From contig CBDCUI010000007.1 in the NCBI GenBank assembly GCA_965222615.1, positions 1-64,000 on the forward strand: DNA of 64,000 bases, read 5' to 3'. This document shows positions 32,846 to 42,815 of this stretch, in pieces. The position numbers were made by a program, and so were the translations under genes. The stretch comes from Gammaproteobacteria bacterium (GTDB lineage: Bacteria > Pseudomonadota > Gammaproteobacteria > UBA4575). The notes beneath the pieces were generated by a model. The model did not search any database and was not told where the DNA came from. It worked only from the letters and a program-made list of their open reading frames with translations. How positions within the stretch are numbered: position 1 is the stretch's first letter; each line of letters begins with the position of its first letter.

Positions 32846-33778
32846 TTATGCAATCAATGTTGTGTAAGTGAGCCACTCATTATCGTAGGTGCGACGACCA
32901 TAGACAGCATCAAAATACATTTCTTGAAGTTTTGTTGTAATTGGCCCAGGTGTACCTTCGCCAATCATGCGATTGTCAAGTTCACGAATAGGTGTCACTT
33001 CGGCAGCCGTTCCAGTAAAAAATGCTTCGTCTGCCGTATATACTTCATCCCGTGTAATTCTCTTTTCTATAACTTCAACATTAACTAAATTTGCAAAAGT
33101 GACCAGCGTTTTACGCGTAATACCATCTAAGGCAGAAGTAAGTTCTGGAGTATAAATTTTTCCATCTTTAACAATAAATATGTTTTCCCCACTACCTTCA
33201 GCAACAAATCCATCCACATCTAACAATAAGGCTTCATCATATCCATCATGTAAGGCCTCATGTAAGGCAAGCATGGAATTTACGTAATTACCGTTAAGTT
33301 TTGCCTTACACATTGCAACATTTACATGGTGACGCGAAAAAGAAGAGGTCTTAACCCGAATTCCTTTCTTGATATTATCTTCGCCCAAATAGGAGCCCCA
33401 TTCCCAGGCAGCCACAATACAATGCACTTTTAAATTATCCGCTCTCAATCCCATTCCTTCCGAGCCATAAAAACACATTGGTCGCATGTAACCGTAGCTC
33501 AAATTATTTTTATTAATTACATCGACTTGCGCCTGATTAATCTCTGCTGGGCTATATGGGATCGACATACCAATAATTTTTGCCGAATTAAATAATCGAT
33601 TTGTATGATCATGTAGCCGAAATATTGCAGTACCTTGATCGGTTTTATATGCGCGCACACCTTCGAATACGCCTGCACCATAATGCAAAGTATGCGTGAG
33701 CACATGGGTATTGGCTTCGCGCCAAGGCACAAATTCACCATCGTACCAAATGAAGCCATCCTTATCCGACATTGACAT
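32846..33778 (-). CDS. ilvE: Branched-chain amino acid aminotransferase
   Basis: LHYGAGVFEG, EGSGEN, LDGITR, FFTGTAAEV. Confidence 0.96.
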   Translation of the reverse strand: MSMSDKDGFIWYDGEFVPWREANTHVLTHTLHYGAGVFEGVRAYKTDQGTAIFRLHDHTNRLFNSAKIIGMSIPYSPAEINQAQVDVINKNNLSYGYMRPMCFYGSEGMGLRADNLKVHCIVAAWEWGSYLGEDNIKKGIRVKTSSFSRHHVNVAMCKAKLNGNYVNSMLALHEALHDGYDEALLLDVDGFVAEGSGENIFIVKDGKIYTPELTSALDGITRKTLVTFANLVNVEVIEKRITRDEVYTADEAFFTGTAAEVTPIRELDNRMIGEGTPGPITTKLQEMYFDAVYGRRTYDNEWLTYTTLIA

Positions 33779-33838
33779 CTTTATTAATCTCCATTTAGTT
33801 GCAATTCAAAGTGCATGTAGACATATATAAGCAACAAC

Positions 33839-36715
33839 TCAGTGTAACAGACTTGTCCAATAATTTTGTACGGCCAGGCGTTCATTTGCAAATACACTCA
33901 TTTCTACTGTCTCTGTATGCATTTGTAAACTCATTTGATGTAAGTGCTTGCGATATTGGAGATAAATTTTCTTAAGCTCTTCAGCCGTTTTCGCCTCGAT
34001 GAGCTTGACCTGGCTACAAGCATCTAAAATTCTAACATTGTCGGTGTACGTACAAATTTCATTATATTTATTAGCGTAACTTAATACGTAAAATTGTACG
34101 ATAAATTCAATATCTACAATTCCACCTTTATCTTTTTTAATATCGAACTTGGTTTTGTCTTTACTGCCATGCTCTAACGATATTTTTTCACGCATTTCCA
34201 CAATGGAATCTCGCACTTTACTTATCTCCCTTGATTGACAAAGCACATTCTGACGAATACGTCCAAATTCATTCAAAAGCTTTGGGCTATTGGTGACAGG
34301 TCGTGCACGTATTAATGCTTGATGCTCCCATAACCAGGCATCGTTTTTTAAATATTTCTCGTAGGAACCAACGGCACTGACAATAGGACCAGATTCGCCA
34401 TAGGGGCGAAGCCTGACATCCACATCAAATACTTTCCCAGTAGAAGTAACCGTAGATAAAATATGTATTGTGCGTTGCACTAATCGCGTAAAAAATATTT
34501 CATTGCTTAATTTTTTTTCGCCATTTGTCTCACAGCTGCTACCCACACTATCATGTAAAAATACTAGATCTAAATCGGAGCCATAGCCCAACTCCAACCC
34601 ACCCAACTTTCCATATTCGATTATCAGTATTTCGGGCTTAAAAATTTCTCCATCTTTTTCACAAGCTGGTTCTCCATGCTTATCAACCAAATCTTGATAA
34701 GCTTGTTTAACTGCACTTTCTATGCATACCTCAGCTAACCAAGACAAATGATCACTAACTCTCATTATTGGGAAAGCTTCAACAATATCTGCTGCCGCTA
34801 TTTGCAAAACTTGAGCATGCTTAAATTCACGTAAACTCTCCATGTATTTTTCCAAATCGTTACATGAGTTCTGAATTGCAATTTTAAGTTGCTGTCGCAT
34901 TTCTTCTAAACTTGGAGGTTCATAAGAACTTTCCATGCGCAAAAGCTCATCTAATAACAAAGGATGTGTTGCTATGTATTCTGCAATCCAAGGACTGGCT
35001 TCGATCAAATTGAATAACTTTGACAGCTTGGATTGATTCTCCGTCAATAAAGAAACATATGTGGAACGCTGTACAATTTTATTAAGAATTTTTAAAAACC
35101 GTCCTAAAACTAAAGCCGGGCTTTCTAAAACAGTTGCTTGTTGAAGCATGATCGGAATGAATTGATCAAGTCTTTGTCTTGCAACTGGAACAAGTTGTTT
35201 TACTATTCCATTTAGGGAAAATGAATGTAGCAACTGATAAATTTCCTCAAAATCACCTGTGAACTTTTTCTTTAAAATTTCCATGCTGTACTCTTGATCT
35301 TGAATCCGCTGCCACAAGTTCACAAAATCTTCACCATCTAAACTATCGTTCTCAGAATTGTCTTCTTGCAGAAGTGTTTGAAACTCTTTATTTACATTTA
35401 ACGCATGACATTGGTACTCAGCATAAAAATCATCCCATGTAGCAAACCCCATTAAGTGTGCATAGAGATTTTTTTCTTCTTCATCTTTTGGTAAGGCATG
35501 AGTTTGTTGATCTTGTCGAATTTGTAGTCCATTCTCTGCTTTTCTTAAAAATAAATATGCTTTTGTCAAAAGAGTAATAGTTTCACCTGATAATAAATTT
35601 GACTCACCTAAAACCTTGAGGGACCTTAAAGTACTTTTATTTTGCAAACGCGCATCTCTGCCCCCATAAATAAGTTGAAACATTTGTACAATAAATTCTA
35701 TTTCACGTATTCCACCAAATCCAATTTTTAAATTTTCTTCAGATAGGTTTTGGCCCGCCTTTTGATCAACAAGTACTTTCATCTCCCGCAAAGACTGTGT
35801 AGCGCCATAATCAAAGTAACGACGATAAACAAATGGGGTTACCTCTTTTAAGAATTGCTCGCCAATTTTTTTATTACCTGCGACAGAACTTGCTTTGATC
35901 CAAGCATAACGTTCCCAGTCACGCCCATGAGTTTGAAAATATTGGTCTATAGCTGACAAACTTGGCAATAAAGTGCCTGAATTACCAAACGGCCTCAGTC
36001 TAGTATCGACACGAAAAACAAATCCATCTTCAGTTTGTTCAGCGAGTACTTTTATCAACAATTGTACTAGTTTTAAATAAATACCAACTGCTTTGGTATT
36101 TTGGTCTTGTGAATAATTAGGATCATCGTGATAAGCAAATACTAAATCAACATCTGAAGAAAAATTGAGCTCACAACCACCGAGTTTACCCAATGCAAAG
36201 ACAACTACATTTTGCGGTAGTGATTGCTCAAACTCACTTAAACGTGGTTGTGACTTTAATCTTGCAAAACACCAACCCAGTGTTCGATCTATAGCGATTT
36301 CGGCAAAATTACTAAGCTCTTTTAATGTTTGCTCAACTGTTGAGTAGCCCTTTATCGCTCGCCATGCAATTCGCGCAAACTCCGCAACCCTTAGTCTTCT
36401 CAATATGCGCTGACAATCTTCAATGTTGTGTGCCTTAGCAATTTCTGCATCGATTTTCTGGCTATAGATCTCCGCTTGATAATCAACATACAGATCGTTG
36501 TTGAGTAACAGATTTTGTAACCATGTGGGTTGTGATACACACACACGTTTAACAAATGGACTGGCATACCAAATCTCGAAAATTTCGTCCCGATGTGCAA
36601 TCAAGCCTTGATCCTGGTTTAGGCAAGCAAGGATTTCCTCAAATTCTTGCCTAAATAGAGGTAGTACCTGCTCGGGTAACGCCATTTGCATAGAGTCAAA
36701 ATGCCTTAAAACCAA
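33839..36715 (-). CDS. glnE: Glutamine synthetase adenylyltransferase/adenylyl-removing enzyme
   Basis: Two NT domains (GKLGGCELNFSSDVDL; GKLGGLELGYGSDLDL), RLRP twice, GGIREIEF, WEHQAL. Confidence 0.96.
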   Translation of the reverse strand: MVLRHFDSMQMALPEQVLPLFRQEFEEILACLNQDQGLIAHRDEIFEIWYASPFVKRVCVSQPTWLQNLLLNNDLYVDYQAEIYSQKIDAEIAKAHNIEDCQRILRRLRVAEFARIAWRAIKGYSTVEQTLKELSNFAEIAIDRTLGWCFARLKSQPRLSEFEQSLPQNVVVFALGKLGGCELNFSSDVDLVFAYHDDPNYSQDQNTKAVGIYLKLVQLLIKVLAEQTEDGFVFRVDTRLRPFGNSGTLLPSLSAIDQYFQTHGRDWERYAWIKASSVAGNKKIGEQFLKEVTPFVYRRYFDYGATQSLREMKVLVDQKAGQNLSEENLKIGFGGIREIEFIVQMFQLIYGGRDARLQNKSTLRSLKVLGESNLLSGETITLLTKAYLFLRKAENGLQIRQDQQTHALPKDEEEKNLYAHLMGFATWDDFYAEYQCHALNVNKEFQTLLQEDNSENDSLDGEDFVNLWQRIQDQEYSMEILKKKFTGDFEEIYQLLHSFSLNGIVKQLVPVARQRLDQFIPIMLQQATVLESPALVLGRFLKILNKIVQRSTYVSLLTENQSKLSKLFNLIEASPWIAEYIATHPLLLDELLRMESSYEPPSLEEMRQQLKIAIQNSCNDLEKYMESLREFKHAQVLQIAAADIVEAFPIMRVSDHLSWLAEVCIESAVKQAYQDLVDKHGEPACEKDGEIFKPEILIIEYGKLGGLELGYGSDLDLVFLHDSVGSSCETNGEKKLSNEIFFTRLVQRTIHILSTVTSTGKVFDVDVRLRPYGESGPIVSAVGSYEKYLKNDAWLWEHQALIRARPVTNSPKLLNEFGRIRQNVLCQSREISKVRDSIVEMREKISLEHGSKDKTKFDIKKDKGGIVDIEFIVQFYVLSYANKYNEICTYTDNVRILDACSQVKLIEAKTAEELKKIYLQYRKHLHQMSLQMHTETVEMSVFANERLAVQNYWTSLLH

Positions 36716-36768
36716 TTAGTTAATTCACCGATATTGTAACTGACCTAGGTCAACAAGATGCTATAAAT

Positions 36769-36787
36769 GCTAATGAGAATTGCTATC
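36769..36787 (+). promoter_or_regulatory. Fur box
   Basis: gctaatgagaattgctatc matches 14/19 of GATAATGATAATCATTATC, directly upstream of an iron ABC operon. Confidence 0.75.
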
Positions 36788-36838
36788 ATTTATATTATAA
36801 TCTAGCTTTATGATCTTTTAAGTCTGGAGGATAGACGT

Positions 36839-37867
36839 GTGAAACTTTACCCTAGTATTCCGTTACGCTGTGCATACATGGCCTTTTTATACTTGATATG
36901 TGCCATCGTCAGTGCCGCAGAAGTCAACGTCTACTCTGCTAGAAAAGAAGACTTAATAAAACCATTGTTGACGCAGTTTGAAACCAGCACAGGTATCAAA
37001 GTAAACCTAATTACTGGTAAAGCCGACGCCCTACTGCAACGCATTATCAGCGAAGGTAAAAATAGCCCTGCTGATATTTTAATCACTACGGATGCTGGCC
37101 GCTTGTATCGTGCCCAACAAGCAAATGTATTACAAGCCATTCAATCCGAAATTCTTGAAACTACAATTCCTAAACAATATCGTGAACCACAAGGCTATTG
37201 GTTTGGGTTGTCGCTCAGAGCACGCCCCATTGTGTATGCTATAGATCGAATTAAACCAGAGCAACTCTCAACCTATGAAGCACTCACCGATTCACAATGG
37301 AAAAATAAAATTTGTATTCGTTCCTCAGACAATATCTATAACCAATCTCTAGTTGCCTCATTACTTGCGCATCATGGCGAGGAAAAAGCTCTTAATTGGG
37401 CAACAACGTTCGTAACTAATTTTGCACGTCCTCCTCAAGGTGGAGACCGTGATCAAATTAAGGCCGTTGCGGCCGGTCAATGTGATATCGCAATTGTAAA
37501 CAATTACTATCTAGGAAAAATGCTCACATCAAGCGATGCGTCAGAACATGAAGCTGCTAAACAAGTAAAGCTCTTTTGGCCAAATCAAGATGATCGAGGA
37601 ACACATGTAAATATTAGCGGTGGTGCTGTTACAACTGCGGCAAAAAATAAAGATTCGGCAATTAAATTATTAGAATTTTTAGCCAGCGATTCTGCACAAC
37701 AGTGGTATGCAGATACTAATCTTGAATATCCAATTAAGCCTGGGATTCAACCCAGTGAAATTTTAAAATCATGGGGAGAATTTAAGGCCGATACCCTAAG
37801 CTTACATCGCTTAGGTGAACTCAATGCTGAAGCTGTGATGATAATGGATCATGCGGCATGGAAATGA
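36839..37867 (+). CDS. fbpA: Fe(3+) ABC transporter substrate-binding protein (FbpA/FutA type)
   Basis: VNVYSAR, EGKNSPAD, RSSDNIYNQS, GGDRDQ, NNYY, GTHVNISG. Confidence 0.92.
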   Translation: MKLYPSIPLRCAYMAFLYLICAIVSAAEVNVYSARKEDLIKPLLTQFETSTGIKVNLITGKADALLQRIISEGKNSPADILITTDAGRLYRAQQANVLQAIQSEILETTIPKQYREPQGYWFGLSLRARPIVYAIDRIKPEQLSTYEALTDSQWKNKICIRSSDNIYNQSLVASLLAHHGEEKALNWATTFVTNFARPPQGGDRDQIKAVAAGQCDIAIVNNYYLGKMLTSSDASEHEAAKQVKLFWPNQDDRGTHVNISGGAVTTAAKNKDSAIKLLEFLASDSAQQWYADTNLEYPIKPGIQPSEILKSWGEFKADTLSLHRLGELNAEAVMIMDHAAWK

Positions 37868-37885
37868 TATTGAGAACTGATAAAG

Positions 37886-39577
37886 ATGAGCAGCAAAAGC
37901 GCCACGCTTATTGAGTCGCCTAATAAATATTTTATTTGGTTACAAAAAACAGATACTGGTTGGCTAGTATGTACATTACTGCTAGCCCTTTTACTCAGTA
38001 TCCCCGTTATTTCAGTATTGTCTTCCATGTTGCTGCCGACTAGCGAGGTTTGGCAACATTTAAAATCAACGGTACTTTCAAATTATATTTTTAATTCACT
38101 ACTGTTAGTAGTTGGGGTAAGTATTGGTACACTGGTAATAGGAGTATCCACTGCATGGCTATGCAGTGTATTCGAGTTTACTGGACGTAAAATTTTAAGC
38201 TGGGCACTTTTGCTTCCATTAGCATTCCCACCTTACATCATTGCCTATACTTATACCGGCATGCTTGATTTTAGCGGACCGCTACAAACCTATCTTAGAA
38301 ATACATTTGCCTGGCAATATGGAGATTATTGGTTCCCCCAGGTACGTTCCTTAAGTGGCGCTATATTGATGTTATCTTTAGTGCTGTATCCCTATGTTTA
38401 CTTGCTGACACGTAACGCTTTTTCCGAACAATCTGCAAGTTTTCGCGAAGCTAGCCATTCACTTGGCGTAAGCCTAGGAAAAACTTTTTTATCCATTGCA
38501 ATTCCGTTGGCGCGCCCCACTATTGTTGCAGGACTAACACTTGTAACGATGGAAACCCTTGCGGACTACGGAACCGTACAATATTTTGGCATTCCTACAT
38601 TCACTACCGGTATATTTCGAACTTGGTTTGGGCTTGGCGATCGAATTGCAGCAACACAATTAGCTAGTATTTTATTATTATGCGTATTTGCAGTCATTCT
38701 GATTGAGCGTTATTCGCGTAAATCGGCCAAATACCAACATCTAAATCATTCAAATAAAACTTGGAGATATCCTTTATCTGGCACGAAATCATTGCTCGCT
38801 TTAGTATTTTGTAGCGCTCCAATCATATTTGGATTTATCATCCCTGCAATTCAGTTAAGTGTGTGGAGTATTCAAACAGCGCCAAATATCATTGATAGCT
38901 CTTTCTTCACACTAATTTTTAACACTATTCTATTGGCGATAATCGTTGCATTGATTGTAATTATGGCCGCTGCTTTTCTCGCATATGGGAAACGCGTAAG
39001 CACTCATTATTTAATACCTTATACTGTAAACATCAGCGCCATGGGTTATGCAGTACCTGGAATTATTATTGCAGTTGGCGTGTTACTACCCTTTGCTTGG
39101 TTAGATAATACAATCGATGCCTGGTTGCAAAATAATTTTGGGATTTCTAGTGGTTTACTTTTTACCGGAACATTAGCCGCATTAGTCTTTGCTCATGTAG
39201 TGCGTTTTTTGGCCATTGGACTTAACTCAGTAGAAGCTAGCCTGACTAAAATTCACCGCAACATTGATGATGCGGCCCAATTACTAGGCCAAGGGACGTT
39301 TGACCGATTTAGAAACATCCATTTGCCGCTAATTTATACTGGCATACTCACCGCTGGACTATTTGTTTTTGTTGAAGTGATAAAAGAATTACCTGCCACA
39401 CTTGTATTACGACCTTTTAATTTTAATACCCTCGCTGTGCGTACTTATGAACTCGCCTCTGATGAACGTTTAGCAGATTCTGCCTGTAGTGCGCTGTTTA
39501 TCGTAGCAGTAGGTATTCTTCCAATACTGATTTTAAATCGCTCTATCAGTAATCGTGGAGATCGATATGGCACTTAG
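37886..39577 (+). CDS. fbpB: Fe(3+) ABC transporter permease
   Basis: LYPYVYL, METLADYG, GYAVPG, KELPATL.LRPFN. Confidence 0.92.
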   Translation: MSSKSATLIESPNKYFIWLQKTDTGWLVCTLLLALLLSIPVISVLSSMLLPTSEVWQHLKSTVLSNYIFNSLLLVVGVSIGTLVIGVSTAWLCSVFEFTGRKILSWALLLPLAFPPYIIAYTYTGMLDFSGPLQTYLRNTFAWQYGDYWFPQVRSLSGAILMLSLVLYPYVYLLTRNAFSEQSASFREASHSLGVSLGKTFLSIAIPLARPTIVAGLTLVTMETLADYGTVQYFGIPTFTTGIFRTWFGLGDRIAATQLASILLLCVFAVILIERYSRKSAKYQHLNHSNKTWRYPLSGTKSLLALVFCSAPIIFGFIIPAIQLSVWSIQTAPNIIDSSFFTLIFNTILLAIIVALIVIMAAAFLAYGKRVSTHYLIPYTVNISAMGYAVPGIIIAVGVLLPFAWLDNTIDAWLQNNFGISSGLLFTGTLAALVFAHVVRFLAIGLNSVEASLTKIHRNIDDAAQLLGQGTFDRFRNIHLPLIYTGILTAGLFVFVEVIKELPATLVLRPFNFNTLAVRTYELASDERLADSACSALFIVAVGILPILILNRSISNRGDRYGT

Positions 39578-40616
39578 GTTGGATGTGAGAAATGTAAGTG
39601 TGGCGCTACAAAACAAAGAAATTGTAAAAAACGTCTCCTTGCAGTTAGAACCTGGTCAAATTACCTCAATTTTAGGCCCTAGCGGGTGCGGCAAAACCAC
39701 CCTATTACGTGCTCTAGCTGGCTTTCAGTCAATATCTAATGGCGAAATCTTTGTACATGAAAAATTATTAAATAACAGCACATATAAACTAGTACCAGAA
39801 AAACGCAATATAGGAATGATGTTTCAAGACCTTGCGCTGTTTCCTCACTTAACTGTAGAACAAAATATTCGTTTTGGTCTTAAGTCTTTAACCAAGCAAG
39901 AACAAATTGCAAGAATTCAACACGTTATTGAACTCACAGATCTAAACAAACAAGAACATAAATACCCACATCAACTATCAGGCGGCCAACAACAACGTGT
40001 GGCTTTAGCACGTGCATTAGCTCCCAAACCTGAAATTCTGCTGCTTGATGAACCATTTTCTAGCTTAGACCCTGATTTGCGTGAACAGGTCGCTACCGAA
40101 GTACGCAAAATTCTTAAACATGAAAATGTCACTGCAATACTGGTTACACACGACCAACATGAGGCCTTTGCTTTGGCAGATGATATTGGAGTCATGGTAG
40201 ATGGGAAAATCGCGCAATGGGATAGTGCTTACAATATTTACCATAAACCAAAAACGAGATTCGTTGCAGATTTCGTTGGACTCGGGACGATGATACCTGC
40301 CAAAGTTATCGATGCATCAACTGTAGAAACCGAATTTGGTCAAGTGAATGGAGTCATAAATTCAGATTTTAAGACTGGGGAAGAAGTGGATTTATTAGTA
40401 CGACCCGATGATATTCCACATGATGACAGTAGCCCCATTACCGCATTGGTGGAAGAGAAGCGTTTTCGAGGAGCTGAGTTTCTCTATAAGTTGCGCTTGC
40501 GAAGTGGCAACTTTGTACAGTGTTATGCACCGAGCCACCATAACCACCAGTTAGGGGAACCGATTGGCATAAAGCTCGATTTAGAGCATTTGGTCATATT
40601 TCCCAAAAACAGATAG
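39567..40616 (+). CDS. fbpC: Fe(3+) ABC transporter ATP-binding protein
   Basis: GPSGCGKT, LSGGQQQR, LLLDEPF, VTHD. Confidence 0.92.
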   Translation: MALRLDVRNVSVALQNKEIVKNVSLQLEPGQITSILGPSGCGKTTLLRALAGFQSISNGEIFVHEKLLNNSTYKLVPEKRNIGMMFQDLALFPHLTVEQNIRFGLKSLTKQEQIARIQHVIELTDLNKQEHKYPHQLSGGQQQRVALARALAPKPEILLLDEPFSSLDPDLREQVATEVRKILKHENVTAILVTHDQHEAFALADDIGVMVDGKIAQWDSAYNIYHKPKTRFVADFVGLGTMIPAKVIDASTVETEFGQVNGVINSDFKTGEEVDLLVRPDDIPHDDSSPITALVEEKRFRGAEFLYKLRLRSGNFVQCYAPSHHNHQLGEPIGIKLDLEHLVIFPKNR

Positions 40617-41001
40617 ATATCAAAGATTAAATTTAGACCACTTGGCCAATTCCCTAAAAGCCAATCGAAAAAGCTGAATTGAGAAACAGAAAATAGCTTA
40701 ATTCGGGATAAGATCGTGGGGTATACCCAAAATCCCGCTACAGGGCTGCATAGCATGAGCTCAAAGCGAGAATCCAAAATTAGACTTGACCTTCATGACA
40801 TAAACCCCAACAATATTAAGGTAGGATATCGACAATCTTTGGTGATTCCAGGGATTGTGGTGATACATGGATGCATCACCCACACATATGAGTAAGTTCA
40901 TATGTGTAGTGAGAAAAAAGAAAATTCAATTTTCTTTTTTTTGTCTTTGAAAAAGTCAGGACGGCTTTTTTCAGGGTATTTCTAAACTAGAGGAGCCAAG
41001 C

Positions 41002-41373
41002 ATGAGAATTAGTAAAGCCTTAGTCTATGTATTAATGCTGTCTTTTACATTTATGCAAACCGCACCCGCCATTGCGGGGATCGTAGGCACAGACAGATTT
41101 TTATCCGAACAATCCATTCAACAAGATCGTGAAAATCTTCGTTCTTTGATGACACGGGATGAAGTGCGTTCACTATTACAACAAAACGGTCTTACTGTTG
41201 AACAAGCGCAGCAACGTGTTGATTCGTTAACCGATTCAGAAGTGCGACAACTGGCTCAGAAATTTGAAGAACTACCTGCAGCTGGCGATGCGGCAGTGGT
41301 TATTTTAGTTATTGCTTTAGTCGTAATAATTCTAGAGCTGGCAGGAATCACAGATATCTTTACTGGTATTTAA
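41002..41373 (+). CDS. PA2779-family protein (signal peptide, helical domain, hydrophobic C-tail)
   Basis: A-GIVGT, RVDSLTDSEV, LPAAG followed by a hydrophobic tail ending GITDIF; AGGAG RBS. Confidence 0.85.
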   Translation: MRISKALVYVLMLSFTFMQTAPAIAGIVGTDRFLSEQSIQQDRENLRSLMTRDEVRSLLQQNGLTVEQAQQRVDSLTDSEVRQLAQKFEELPAAGDAAVVILVIALVVIILELAGITDIFTGI

Positions 41374-41374
41374 A

Positions 41375-41758
41375 GTGTCTTGTAAATTAATGCTGGGAAA
41401 ACATTTATTACTGTGTTTACTATCGGTTTCGCTTGCCTTTTTACAGATATCCCCTGCTTACGCGGGCATTGTCGGCACTGAAAAATCATTTGCCGAATAT
41501 TCAGCGCAACATGATCGTCAAGTTTTACGCGACCTTATGGCACGCGATGAGGCACGTGAATTACTAGCCACTAATGGCTTAACTGTCGAACAAGCTCAAC
41601 AAAGAGTAAATGCATTAACGGACAGTGAAGCACGTCAACTTGCAGAAAAATTCGATGAACAGCCAGCTGGTGGAATTTTGGTAGCCTTGCTGATTATTTT
41701 CCTCGTATTTATAATTCTAGAAATGGCAGGAGTAACCGACGTATTTACTGGAATTTGA
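41375..41758 (+). CDS. PA2779-family protein, second paralog
   Basis: A-GIVGT, RVNALTDSE, QPAGG then ILVALLIIFLVFIILEMAGVTDVF. Confidence 0.85.
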   Translation: MSCKLMLGKHLLLCLLSVSLAFLQISPAYAGIVGTEKSFAEYSAQHDRQVLRDLMARDEARELLATNGLTVEQAQQRVNALTDSEARQLAEKFDEQPAGGILVALLIIFLVFIILEMAGVTDVFTGI

Positions 41759-42768
41759 TTTTAACTAAGAAACTTACTTGTTTAGCAAATGCCCGCACTT
41801 GTGCGGGCATTTTTTTCTTTTGGCTTATACTTTTTGCCTGTGCAACCCCGCAAACCAAGCAATTAATGCTACAAAAACCACAAGATCTACCTGATCAAGC
41901 ATTAATTTCCGAGGTTCCTTTTTACCCACAAGAACAATTTCATTGTGGACCCGCCACTTTAGCGATGGCAATGAATTTTTATGGCGACACCTTATCTGCT
42001 GAAGAAATTGCTAAAGACGTGTTTACTCCTAACTTGAAAGGCAGCCTTCAAGTTGAAATGAAAGCAGCAGTTCGCAAACGCGGTATGTTGGCTTATGAAC
42101 TAACACCAGAACTAGTGTATCTGCTCGCCGAAGTATCTGTAGGACATCCAGTTATAGTTTTGCAGAATCTGTCTATAAAATGGTATCCAATTTGGCATTA
42201 CGCTCTTGTAATTGGCTACAATTTAAAGCGAAATACTTTAATTTTACACACCGGGAAAAATTCTAACTATGAAGTTGCGATAGGTACATTCGAACTGACC
42301 TGGCAACGAGCAAACAATTGGGCATTAGTCATACTACCCAGTGATACTTTACCTAACGATCGCAATCTTATAAATGTATTACAAGCCGCTGTTGATCTGG
42401 AAGAAGTGGGACAAATTGAACATGCGAATCGTGCCTATCAAGCAATAATTAAACGATGGCCAGAAAGTTTCGTCGCCTTAATGGGTGTAGCGAATACCCA
42501 CCTACTCTTAAAACAACCAGAACAAGCAACGAAAAGTTACCTACGTGCAGCGGAGCTGAAACCTAATGAATCCGATATCTACAATAACCTTGCTTACAGT
42601 CTACTTGCGCAATCCTGTTACAACGCGGCACTCAACTCAGTGCGCTGTGCCATTGCTCTACAGCCGAGCAATCTCGAATACCAAAGTTCACTCAAAGAGA
42701 TCACCGCTTTCGATGACAAGAATGATGAAAAAAATTGCCCCATCTTCAAATGTTCAAAACAAAAGTAA
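41755..42768 (+). CDS. PA2778-family C39-like cysteine peptidase lipoprotein with TPR domain
   Basis: Lipobox LFAC; VPFYPQ...CGPATLA, KGSLQ, VLQNL, WHYALVIGY; C-terminal TPR (YNNLA). Confidence 0.88.
   Translation: MILTKKLTCLANARTCAGIFFFWLILFACATPQTKQLMLQKPQDLPDQALISEVPFYPQEQFHCGPATLAMAMNFYGDTLSAEEIAKDVFTPNLKGSLQVEMKAAVRKRGMLAYELTPELVYLLAEVSVGHPVIVLQNLSIKWYPIWHYALVIGYNLKRNTLILHTGKNSNYEVAIGTFELTWQRANNWALVILPSDTLPNDRNLINVLQAAVDLEEVGQIEHANRAYQAIIKRWPESFVALMGVANTHLLLKQPEQATKSYLRAAELKPNESDIYNNLAYSLLAQSCYNAALNSVRCAIALQPSNLEYQSSLKEITAFDDKNDEKNCPIFKCSKQK
41787..41816 (+). terminator. Intrinsic terminator-like hairpin after the PA2779 genes
   Basis: aaatgcccgcac-tt-gtgcgggcattt followed by a T run. 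Confidence 0.75.
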
Positions 42769-42815
42769 TCACTTTAGGCTGACAGCATAATCAGAATCCA
42801 TCTAAACTAGGCAGT

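Noticed and set aside
40523-40777. 84-aa minus-strand ORF
   Set aside because: Overlaps the fbpC 3' end antisense with no motif or RBS
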